Assembly: GCA_021799555.1 (NCBI GenBank)
Contig: JAJZAG010000001.1
Location: forward strand, 9,674-46,283
Direction: 5' to 3'
Source: Deltaproteobacteria bacterium
GTDB taxonomy: Bacteria; Desulfobacterota; Binatia; Binatales; Binataceae
Length of the DNA stretch: 36,610 nt
Below the pieces are notes generated by a model that ran no database searches, was not told the DNA's origin, and was given only the letters and a program-made list of their open reading frames with translations. The number at the start of each line of letters is the position of its first letter. The stretch's first letter is position 1. The translations under genes were made by a program, and so were the position numbers. This document shows positions 1-7,665 of this stretch, one piece after another.

Positions 1-315
1 GTACCGAATTACAACGTGATGGGTGTCGCAAAAGCGGCCCTGGAAGCCTGCGTACGCTATCTGGCGATCGATCTCGGTCCGAAAAACATCCGTGTAAATG
101 CGCTCAGCGCGGGACCTGCGCGCACCCTCTCCTCCTCGGCGATCAGTGGCTATCACACGATGGCGCACGAGGTTGAAAATCGCGCGCCGCTGCGCCGCGG
201 CATGAAGAGTGAAGAAGTGGGCAGGATGTCGGCGGCATTGCTGAGCGATCTTTCCGCCGGTGTCACCGGGCAGACGATTTATGTAGACGTAGGTTACAGT
301 ATAGTCGGTTTCTAA
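1..315 (+). CDS. fabI: Enoyl-ACP reductase FabI, C-terminal part (5' truncated by window edge)
   Basis: Frame is open from base 1: VPNYNVMGVAKAALEACVRYLA (catalytic Y..M...K motif), IRVNALSAGPARTLSS, VTGQTIYVDVG. Confidence 0.93.
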   Translation, partial: VPNYNVMGVAKAALEACVRYLAIDLGPKNIRVNALSAGPARTLSSSAISGYHTMAHEVENRAPLRRGMKSEEVGRMSAALLSDLSAGVTGQTIYVDVGYSIVGF

Positions 316-362
316 ACGGTGCCGGATTTGCCTCCCGATGCCAATCGGATAGGAGAAGCGCG

Positions 363-1139
363 ATGGCGATTGATGTGGTGCCCCAGCTTCTGGATAACTT
401 CGCGTACCTGGTCGTGGATGAAACCACGCGGGAATGCGCTGTGGTCGATTGTGCCGAAGCTGACAAGGTTATCGCGGCCGCGCGTGGACTCGGCGTCAGT
501 ATCGTCGCGGTTCTGACGACACATTGGCATCCTGACCATAGTGGTGGAAATTTGGACCTGACGGCCAAGCTTAAGGGTCTAAGAATCTATGGTGCAAGCG
601 CTGAGAACGGCAGAATTCCCGGTCTCACTCATCCGGTCGCCAACGGCGATACGATCCATATAGGTATGCTCGAAGCGCGCGTGATCGGAATCCCCGCGCA
701 TACCAGCGGCCACGTTGCATATTACTTTGCGAAACTCGAGGCAGTCTTTACCGGCGATACGTTGTTCATCGGCGGATGCGGCCGCGTGTTCGAGGGCAAC
801 GCGGCGACGATGGTCGCGTCGCTCGGCCGCCTCGCGGCGCTGCCCGATTCAACGCGTGTCTATTGTGGACATGAATACACGGAAAAAAATCTCCGCTTCG
901 CGCTGACGCTCGAACCGCACAATGCCGCCCTAAAGGCAAGTCACGAGGCGGCGCTCAGGGCGCGCGCAGATGGCAAGTGGACGGTGCCCTCGACGATCGG
1001 CGACGAGAAAAAGATCAACCCGTTTTTGCGCACTGACAGCGCGGAGCTGCGCGCGAGCCTCAAAAGGATCGATCCTTCGCTTAGCAACAATTCTGCCGCG
1101 ATCTTCGCCAAGGTCCGGCAGCTCAAGGACAGCTTCTAG
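363..1139 (+). CDS. gloB: Hydroxyacylglutathione hydrolase (glyoxalase II)
   Basis: Metallo-beta-lactamase motifs THWHPDHSGG, PAHTSGH, FTGDTLFIGGCGR, YCGHEYT, and C-terminal PSTIGDEKKINPFLR. AGGAG SD upstream. Confidence 0.92.
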   Translation: MAIDVVPQLLDNFAYLVVDETTRECAVVDCAEADKVIAAARGLGVSIVAVLTTHWHPDHSGGNLDLTAKLKGLRIYGASAENGRIPGLTHPVANGDTIHIGMLEARVIGIPAHTSGHVAYYFAKLEAVFTGDTLFIGGCGRVFEGNAATMVASLGRLAALPDSTRVYCGHEYTEKNLRFALTLEPHNAALKASHEAALRARADGKWTVPSTIGDEKKINPFLRTDSAELRASLKRIDPSLSNNSAAIFAKVRQLKDSF

Positions 1140-1567
1140 AACGGCTTCAGAATCGTGAGCATCAATATTGCCAGCACCAGCAAACTCACCGCTCCATGTA
1201 CGATTGCGAACTCGCGGCGCGTCGACGCGCTGGGATTATCCTCGAGGAAGCGAATCCTGCGGTAGAAACGAACGTGGTAGAACAGTATAACGGCGACCAG
1301 CAGCAGCTTCGCATGCAGCCATCCCTGGGTCAGCACCTCAGGCCGCATCAGGATCAACACTATTCCAAGCGCGATCGTTATCGCGGCGCCAAAGTTCACC
1401 GCGACCTCGAACAAACGCCGCACCGTGCCGAGGAGTCGCTCTTTGGGAAGTCCCACTTCAAGCGGCACGCGTCCCAGCAAGCTCGCGAGCATCAGCAATC
1501 CGCCGATCCAGAAAATTACAGCGAACAGATGGAGTGCAAGCACCATTTCAAACACGGCATCGTTCAC
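1136..1567 (-). CDS. HemJ-like / CopD-family 4-TM membrane protein (UPF0093)
   Basis: LALHLFAVIFWIGG, WLHAKLLLV and C-terminal KPF resemble HemJ. GTG at 1567 follows a GGGAG SD and gives 143 aa. The YLPRL..YH segment of canonical HemJ is not conserved. Confidence 0.7.
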   Translation of the reverse strand: MNDAVFEMVLALHLFAVIFWIGGLLMLASLLGRVPLEVGLPKERLLGTVRRLFEVAVNFGAAITIALGIVLILMRPEVLTQGWLHAKLLLVAVILFYHVRFYRRIRFLEDNPSASTRREFAIVHGAVSLLVLAILMLTILKPF

Positions 1568-1633
1568 TTCGATTTCTCCCGGCCAGACCCCTATTGAACC
1601 GTCACGGCGTTCGCTGGCTCGATGACCGTATCG

Positions 1634-1674
1634 CATAGAAGCGGGTCATAGAAGCCTGTGCATAGAAGCCTGCG
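1634..1674. repeat. Three tandem copies of CATAGAAGC (13-14 bp period)
   Basis: CATAGAAGC at 1634, 1647 and 1661. Copies 2 and 3 extend to CATAGAAGCCTG(T/C)G. Lies between divergent genes. Confidence 0.85.
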
Positions 1675-1797
1675 AACGACGGGTGGGCCGCTTGCCAGCC
1701 CGGCCGGCAAATTGCACTTATGAAGCTGCGCTGAATTGCGAAATTTACGCATGGCGCGCCGGATTTTCAGCGCGCCGGCGCGCGGCAGAGGTTACCG

Positions 1798-3132
1798 ATG
1801 TCGCAGCAATACGAATCAGAGTTGAAACGAAAAACCGTCAGTGCGGAACAGGCCGCGGAATCCGTCAAGCCGGGCGACTGGGTCGAATACGGCTTCGGTC
1901 TCGGCCAACCCGATTTGTTCGACGCAGCGCTCGCCGCGCGCGTCCCAAAGCTCGATCGTGTGAAGCTGCGCGGATGTCTTGCAATGAAACCGCGTGCCGC
2001 AGTCGAAGCAGATCCGGAGGGGCGGCATCTCGCTTACCTGTCGTGGTATTTCTCCGGGCTGGAGCGAAAGATGCACGACCGCGGGCTGTGCAATCACATT
2101 CCGATGAACTTCGGCGAGGCGCCCGACAACTATCGCCGATTCGTTGACGTCGATGTCGCCGTGCTGAAGTGTGCGCCGATGGACGCGCACGGCTATTTCA
2201 ATTTCGGCCCTTCGGTCACCTATCACAAAGCGATTACGGAAACGGCCAAGCACCTGATTATCGAGGCCGACGCGAGCGTTCCCTACGTTTACGGTCTCGA
2301 GTGCGGCGTGCATATCAGCGAAGTAGATCAGGTAATCAATGCGGGCGCGGGCACGATGCCCGAGCTGAAAAATGCCGGGCCTGGTCCCGCCGACCAGAAA
2401 GTCGCGGAATTGATCGCGCCGGAAATTAAAGACGGAGCGTGCCTGCAAATCGGAATTGGCGCGATGCCGAACGCCGTCGCCGAGCTGCTGGCCCAATCGT
2501 CGGTCAAGGACCTCGGAGTCCACACCGAGATGTTCGTAGATTCCCTGGTCTCGCTTTACGAAGCCGGCAAGATCACCGGCGCGCACAAAACTACCAATCG
2601 CTATCAGATGACCTATTGCTTTGCCGCCGGCTCCTCGCGCCTCTACAAGTTTCTTGATCACAATCAGGCGTGCTTCGCCGGTCCTGTTGATTACACCAAC
2701 CTGCCGCATCACATCATGCGCAACGACAACGCGGTTGCGATTTGCAACGCCGCGCAGATCGATCTGACCGGCCAGGCCTGCTCCGAATCCGCGGGAATCA
2801 GGCAGATCAGCGGCACCGGCGGGCAGCTTCAATTCATCCGCGGCGCCTACGCTTCAAGGGGAGGCAAAGCGATCCTATGTCTCGCTTCGACTTTCGAGCG
2901 CGAAAATCGGCGCGCGAGCCGAATTGTCGCGCGCATCGATGAATCGAACATAGTGACCACCCCGCGCACCGACGTGATGTACGTCGTGACGGAGCACGGG
3001 ATCGTCAATCTAAAGGGCAAGTCCGTACCCGAACGGGCTCGTGCTCTGATCGGGATTGCGCATCCGGATTTTCGCGACGATCTCGAGCGCGCCGCGCGCG
3101 AGTATCGGATATTGCCGCGGACGCTTTTCTAG
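1798..3132 (+). CDS. Family I CoA-transferase (acetyl-CoA hydrolase/transferase; butyryl-/4-hydroxybutyryl-CoA transferase-like)
   Basis: LQIGIGAMP, GVHTEM (catalytic Glu), SGTGGQLQFIRGA, VTEHGIVNLKGKS..ERARALIGIAHPDFR. GAGGT SD. Confidence 0.9.
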   Translation: MSQQYESELKRKTVSAEQAAESVKPGDWVEYGFGLGQPDLFDAALAARVPKLDRVKLRGCLAMKPRAAVEADPEGRHLAYLSWYFSGLERKMHDRGLCNHIPMNFGEAPDNYRRFVDVDVAVLKCAPMDAHGYFNFGPSVTYHKAITETAKHLIIEADASVPYVYGLECGVHISEVDQVINAGAGTMPELKNAGPGPADQKVAELIAPEIKDGACLQIGIGAMPNAVAELLAQSSVKDLGVHTEMFVDSLVSLYEAGKITGAHKTTNRYQMTYCFAAGSSRLYKFLDHNQACFAGPVDYTNLPHHIMRNDNAVAICNAAQIDLTGQACSESAGIRQISGTGGQLQFIRGAYASRGGKAILCLASTFERENRRASRIVARIDESNIVTTPRTDVMYVVTEHGIVNLKGKSVPERARALIGIAHPDFRDDLERAAREYRILPRTLF

Positions 3133-3446
3133 CGGCTCGCCCGCGAGTCGCTGTCGGTGAACTTGTAGACGATCTCGTCGGGTCGCGTGAAGCCAAGTTC
3201 GCGGCGAATCACGCGTTCGAGATAGCGGTCGTTCGAGGTCAGGTTCTGAACGTTTGTTCCGAGTGCAGCGTTGCGCGCGATAAGCTTTGCGCGCCGCGCC
3301 TCGAGCGCGCGGCGCTCAGCGCGCAGCGCTATCAGGTCGCCCGGGCCAAGCGGACCCAGCCCAAGGCTCATCCCAAGGACGCTCAAAATCCCGGTCAGGA
3401 TTAGAATTAACCATTGCCGCCGCAGATAATCACTTAATCGGCGCAT
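3129..3446 (-). CDS. FtsB/DivIC-family septum formation initiator
   Basis: Single N-terminal TM helix, a coiled coil, then YLERVIRRELGFTRPDEIVY. Start uncertain (ATG 3446 preferred over 3482). Confidence 0.8.
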   Translation of the reverse strand: MRRLSDYLRRQWLILILTGILSVLGMSLGLGPLGPGDLIALRAERRALEARRAKLIARNAALGTNVQNLTSNDRYLERVIRRELGFTRPDEIVYKFTDSDSRASR

Positions 3447-3583
3447 TCGTTCATCATAGAGGGTTCGAGGTTCTGAGTTCAAGACAGTGCTTTGTTGAAC
3501 GGTATTCTAAACCCCAGAAAACGCATTGATTTAGGGAGCCGTTCCGACTTTAGAATTTCTTTATAAATTTATGCTCCAACCCC

Positions 3584-3612
3584 TTGCAATTGTAAAAACA
3601 GGTTTCTATAAT
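3584..3612 (+). promoter_or_regulatory. sigma70-type promoter
   Basis: TTGCAA (3584-3589), 17 bp spacer, TATAAT (3607-3612), preceded by an AT-rich tract (3549-3572) in a GC-rich genome. Confidence 0.85.
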
Positions 3613-3693
3613 CGCGATCGACGGGTGGGGTTCATCGGACCACTCATTAGGTAGGGTGCTCATCCAACAGCGGCCAATTGAGAGGAGGTGTCT

Positions 3694-3795
3694 ATGCCAG
3701 TTAAGAAGAATGCGGCCCCCAAGCGGGCAGCCAAATCAAAGTCAAAGCTGAAGAGCGGTATGAAGAAGAAGGCCGGCAAAAAGAAGAAGAAGTAA
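3694..3795 (+). CDS. 33-aa Lys-rich basic microprotein (below ORF-track cut-off)
   Basis: MPVKKNAAPKRAAKSKSKLKSGMKKKAGKKKKK*. AGGAGG SD at 3683-3688. Flanked by a promoter and a terminator. 13 of 15 Lys codons are AAG. Confidence 0.85.
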   Translation: MPVKKNAAPKRAAKSKSKLKSGMKKKAGKKKKK

Positions 3796-3896
3796 CTAGC
3801 CACAAGTTTTCCTCCGGGCTTTAACCCCCCGGAGGCTGGCTAACGATGCCAGGCAAGCTGCTGGAATGAGCCGAGGCGTAAACGCCTCGTAAACCG

Positions 3897-3928
3897 AGAG
3901 AGCCCCCCTAACCGGGGGCTCTCTTTTT
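3897..3928 (+). terminator. Rho-independent terminator
   Basis: 11-bp stem AGAGAGCCCCC (3897-3907) / GGGGGCTCTCT (3914-3924), 6-nt loop, followed by a T run. Confidence 0.85.
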
Positions 3929-4129
3929 GGTGTTTCCAGCATGACCGTTGACTTGGTGGTGGGCAGGTCACTCCAGATCCGGAGGCAGGAGACCTCACCA
4001 GCTCCGACAGCCCGTGGACCCTGTGGCCAATTCGCCGCCTTGATTTCCAGCACAGTCGGCCTGCCTGGATTCGGGCGAGGGAACAGAGGCGAGCGCGGGC
4101 GCTCTAAATGTTCGGCTTTCCGCGCGCTG

Positions 4130-4951
4130 TCAGTGCGCGGCCGGCGGTGCTCCAGACGCGCCGCCGGGTGCGGGGCGCGGTCCGCCCATCATGCCGTGTG
4201 ATCCGGGGGCGGGGAGTTCGCGCTTGGTGTATCCGGCGGGGACTTTGAACTGATCGGCGGCAATCTTCTGCGAGACAATCTTGATTACCACGGTTTGCGT
4301 CGTGATAGGCTTGCGATTTGCCATCATCTTTTGCAGCTTGGCCTGCTGATCGGGGGAAAGCCCCGGGATATTAATCTTGTTCATCTTCATTGTGGCGTCG
4401 GAGGCGAGTGGAACTCCGTCCGGAACGTCGCCCGAGGGCTGGACGCCGCTGGACTTGAATTTTTCCATCGTGGCCTTCATGAAGTCGCTATATTCGCGGG
4501 CGCCTGGCGCGGTTTTGGAAAAGCATTCGACCATAGTGACATCGCCGCCCATCGAGGTGGTCGTGGCGGTGTAGTCCTGGCAGGTGTAGCCGGCGATTTT
4601 GCGGGTGGTTGATTCCTTTTTGAAATTCATCGCGCCTGCCGATTGCGCCAGCATCTTCGCCATCGGGCCCGACGGCGGATAAGGCAATTGCACATAACTC
4701 TTTTGCGCGGGTTCGAGGAAATACATTTGACCGCTGCCGAGATCGATAATCACGGTGTGATTACCGCCCTCGATGCGCTGCTTGTCGCCCTGTACGTAAA
4801 TCGTCTGCTCGCGCTCTTTCGGCGGCGCCGACGATGCGCCCATTGGGGTACCTTGGACAGTCTCGTGCTGGGTGATCACCACGCCTGCCAGCGCGGGAAT
4901 TGCGGCCAGCATAAGCACGATGCCGGCCGTGGCGGCGATTGCCTTCTTCAT
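4130..4951 (-). CDS. Exported DUF4412-like protein
   Basis: True start is MKKAIAATAG..IPALA (signal peptide) at 4951, with an ATGA overlap with the upstream stop. Contains IIDL..GQMYFL, KIAGYTCQDY and FKVPAGY, typical of DUF4412-type proteins. Confidence 0.7.
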   Translation of the reverse strand: MKKAIAATAGIVLMLAAIPALAGVVITQHETVQGTPMGASSAPPKEREQTIYVQGDKQRIEGGNHTVIIDLGSGQMYFLEPAQKSYVQLPYPPSGPMAKMLAQSAGAMNFKKESTTRKIAGYTCQDYTATTTSMGGDVTMVECFSKTAPGAREYSDFMKATMEKFKSSGVQPSGDVPDGVPLASDATMKMNKINIPGLSPDQQAKLQKMMANRKPITTQTVVIKIVSQKIAADQFKVPAGYTKRELPAPGSHGMMGGPRPAPGGASGAPPAAH

Positions 4952-6018
4952 AATGTTTGCTCTCCTTGAGCCTTCTGGATCTCGAGCACGTTTGCGCTTC
5001 GAGCCGACAGCGCGTGCCCGGCGCCGCTTGCCCTTTCCACAACCAGCCGGTGTGCGGTCAGACTCGCGAGCCCGAACAGCACCCAGACCATCTCCTTGAT
5101 TCTTCTTAGAAACCCAATCGCAAAGCCAACCCCGGCAGGATAGCCGAGCAGACCAAGAATCAAAGCCTTGCCGCCTTCCTGGCTGACCAGCTTGGCGGGG
5201 ATCAAAAAAGTCGCGCGCTCGATTAGCAGTCCCACACCTTCGACGAGCAGCGCAATCCGGATTGTCGCCGGTTGATGGAGCAGCTTGAGCAGGATGAAAA
5301 TCTCGACTGGTCCCATGCTCCACGCGACGATGTAGCAAAGGCAAGACGCGAGCAGCCGCGGGCGATGGTGCGCATAGAAATCGAGCAGGATCGAATCGGC
5401 TTCGTCTGCCGAGGTCCTGATCTCGTCGTGGGCGGCAGCGCCGAAATCGAACTTAACCGCTGTGCGCCACAGATAAGAGAATGGGCGGCGGGTCTGCACC
5501 CAGAAGAACGCGGCCGCAAGCGCGACCGCGATCGCGAGTCCTCCGAATATCGGCCAGAGCAGTCGATGCGCCTGCGGGATCATCGGGATCGAGACCAATA
5601 TCGCGGCGCTGACGAAGACGATCTGCCCGATCGCCTCAGTCAGCGCCGCGACGATAACCGTCGCCAGCGCGATCGGCATCCTGAGCACCCGCCGCACCAT
5701 GAGCGCCATAACAAACTGCCCACCGAGTTGAGCGGTCGGGGTGACGTAATCGACCGCCTCGCCGGCGATTCGGGCTGCGAACAATCGACCGAAACCTAGT
5801 TCGCGGGGACATTCGGCGATCGTCGCCCGCCAACCCAGCGTGTTCGCGACGCGCGCCACCGACTCAAGCGCGATAGTCAGCGCAAGGCCCCATCCCGCCG
5901 TCCGCAGATAGGCAAGCACCTGACCGGCACCGAAATGCGACAGGAACCAGACGTAGAAGACGACGGCAAAGACAAGGAAAATTGATTCGACGCGGCGCAT
6001 CGCAAAAGGTGGTGTCAT
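4948..6018 (-). CDS. Lysylphosphatidylglycerol-synthase TM (flippase-like, UPF0104/HpnL-like) membrane protein
   Basis: Multi-TM protein with GWR, GEAVDYVTPTAQLGG, FLIPAKLVSQEGG, LRRIKE. Alternative start ATG 6000. Confidence 0.78.
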   Translation of the reverse strand: MTPPFAMRRVESIFLVFAVVFYVWFLSHFGAGQVLAYLRTAGWGLALTIALESVARVANTLGWRATIAECPRELGFGRLFAARIAGEAVDYVTPTAQLGGQFVMALMVRRVLRMPIALATVIVAALTEAIGQIVFVSAAILVSIPMIPQAHRLLWPIFGGLAIAVALAAAFFWVQTRRPFSYLWRTAVKFDFGAAAHDEIRTSADEADSILLDFYAHHRPRLLASCLCYIVAWSMGPVEIFILLKLLHQPATIRIALLVEGVGLLIERATFLIPAKLVSQEGGKALILGLLGYPAGVGFAIGFLRRIKEMVWVLFGLASLTAHRLVVERASGAGHALSARSANVLEIQKAQGEQTL

Positions 6019-6377
6019 ACCGCCGAATCGATGGTGCGGCGGCGCTCAAGCATTGTTTCAGCCGTCCCGTCGACGCGCAACCTGCCGCATTTTGCGGCTC
6101 CCGGCGGTACACTCGTGGCTTGAGGAGCGCCCGCCAAGGCTCCTGTGTTGCGTAGACTATCGGATCAATCTCCCTTGTGCATCAATGATCAGCTGGGACG
6201 CAATGAGGGATTAGGATAGGCCGCGCGAGTTCTCAGTGGCTGCGCACGGCTCGAGGGTTCGGTAAAGATAGTGGGAGGCAAAGCTCTCGAAACGGCGGCG
6301 CCTCGCAGGTGCGGCACAGCGAAAATTCCGCGCGCCGGCAGCCAATGAATCAGGGATTTTCCCGCGGACGACTGACG

Positions 6378-7634
6378 ATGAGTTTAGTAACGCGAGTCGC
6401 TACGCACCTTGCTTTGATTGCTGGCGGAATCGCCGCGGCGCTGTTGATCATCGAGGTCGGTCTGCGCGTCGCCAATCATTGGTTCCCATACTTCTTCCGC
6501 TACGACGCGGAACGGGGATGGGCGCTGCGACCGGACGCGAGCGGGTACTACGATCGCGAAGGCAACGCTTGGGTGCGGATCAACGCCGAGGGTTTTCGCG
6601 GTCCCGACCGCCCGCTCGAAAAGCCGCCGGGGACGTTCCGAATCGCTCTGTTGGGCGATTCCTATACCGAGGCGATTCAAGTGCCTTATGAGCAAACCTG
6701 GGGCGCGGTGCTCGAGCGGCGGCTGGCAGGATGCCCGGCGCTCCGCGGACGGCGTGTCGAAGTGCTCAACTTCGGCGTCGATGGGTACGGCACGACACAG
6801 GAGCTGATTACCCTCCGCAAGCAGGCTATCGCCTATTCACCCGACGTCGTGGTGCTGGCGTTTTTCGCGGGTAACGATATCCGCAACAATTCCGTCACGC
6901 TCGAGGGTGATCAATGCCGTCCATTTGTCAGCGTCGGTGCCAACGGCGGCCTTGTCCCGAGCGGTCCTTTGCTTAATTCGAGACTGTTCCGGCTGTGGTG
7001 CATGACGCGTTTTAACTCGCGCGACGGCTCGATTCCGGAGCTATTTGAAAACGCGTGGCGCATTCTCCGCAGCGGCGAGCAGACACCAACCGCGGAGCAT
7101 CCCGAAGAGGTTGCGCTCAACTACAGCATCTATCATCCCCCGCCCGACGCGGCGTGGAAGGATGCGTGGCGGGTGACTGACGCGCTGATCGGCGCCACGG
7201 GCGAAGAGGCGCAACGCGATCACGCGCGCCTGCTCGTGGTAACGCTGGACACAGGCATCCAGGTTTGGCCGGACCCAAAGGTGCGGGCCAGATTTACGCG
7301 CCGCGAGCGGATAAGCGATCTATTCTATCCCGACGAGCAGATCGCTGCCGATTGCCGCCGTCGCGGAATCGACGTGCTGACGCTCGCGCCCGAGTTGCAA
7401 CGCTACGCCGAGAGCAACCATGTTTTCCTGCACGGGTTCGGCAATACGCCGATGGGATTCGGTCACTGGAACGCGATCGGACATCGCGTCGCGGGCGAGC
7501 TCATCGCGGCGAAGCTGTGCACGATGCTCAGGGGAGGCGGCGATTCGCGCCAGGCCATGGCGGCGGCCTGCGACAGGTGCGGCGAACCGTCCAGGCCCGG
7601 CGTCGCGCGCGCACCCTCGCATGATGGACGATGA
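6378..7634 (+). CDS. Membrane-anchored SGNH/GDSL hydrolase-family protein
   Basis: N-terminal TM (IIEVGLR), INAEGFRG, RIALLGDSYT, VLNFGVDGYGT, GNDI, GHWNAIGH. Start uncertain (6309/6345/6378). Confidence 0.85.
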   Translation: MSLVTRVATHLALIAGGIAAALLIIEVGLRVANHWFPYFFRYDAERGWALRPDASGYYDREGNAWVRINAEGFRGPDRPLEKPPGTFRIALLGDSYTEAIQVPYEQTWGAVLERRLAGCPALRGRRVEVLNFGVDGYGTTQELITLRKQAIAYSPDVVVLAFFAGNDIRNNSVTLEGDQCRPFVSVGANGGLVPSGPLLNSRLFRLWCMTRFNSRDGSIPELFENAWRILRSGEQTPTAEHPEEVALNYSIYHPPPDAAWKDAWRVTDALIGATGEEAQRDHARLLVVTLDTGIQVWPDPKVRARFTRRERISDLFYPDEQIAADCRRRGIDVLTLAPELQRYAESNHVFLHGFGNTPMGFGHWNAIGHRVAGELIAAKLCTMLRGGGDSRQAMAAACDRCGEPSRPGVARAPSHDGR

Positions 7635-7665
7635 AACTTGCGGCTCGCTTCAGGCGGCGCGGCGT

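Noticed and set aside
3777-3835. -1 frameshift at the poly-Lys codons stimulated by the downstream hairpin
   Set aside because: The site is C_AAA_AAG rather than A_AAA_AAG, and the first hairpin begins about 27 nt away, too far for a stimulator.
3960-4000. Partial resemblance to SRP RNA helix 8 or the 3' end of a cobalamin riboswitch (GCAGGAGACCT)
   Set aside because: Lacks the GGAAGGAAGCAGC SRP core, and the GGGAA/B12-box elements are absent.
3933-4052. 9-bp direct repeat TTTCCAGCA as target-site duplication of a MITE
   Set aside because: No terminal inverted repeats inside the duplication and no transposase nearby.
3796-4201. ORFs 3796-4053 (minus) and 3941-4201 (plus)
   Set aside because: No SD, no recognisable protein features, and they cross the terminator or overlap the convergent gene.
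4952-5344. N-terminal extension of the 404-aa ORF 4130-5344
   Set aside because: Overlaps the flippase-like gene on the same strand. A signal peptide and ATGA coupling identify 4951 as the start.
6277-6310. GGCAAA...GAAA resembling a c-di-GMP-I riboswitch
   Set aside because: The bases flanking GAAA do not form the P2 stem, and the GACGCAAAG segment does not follow.
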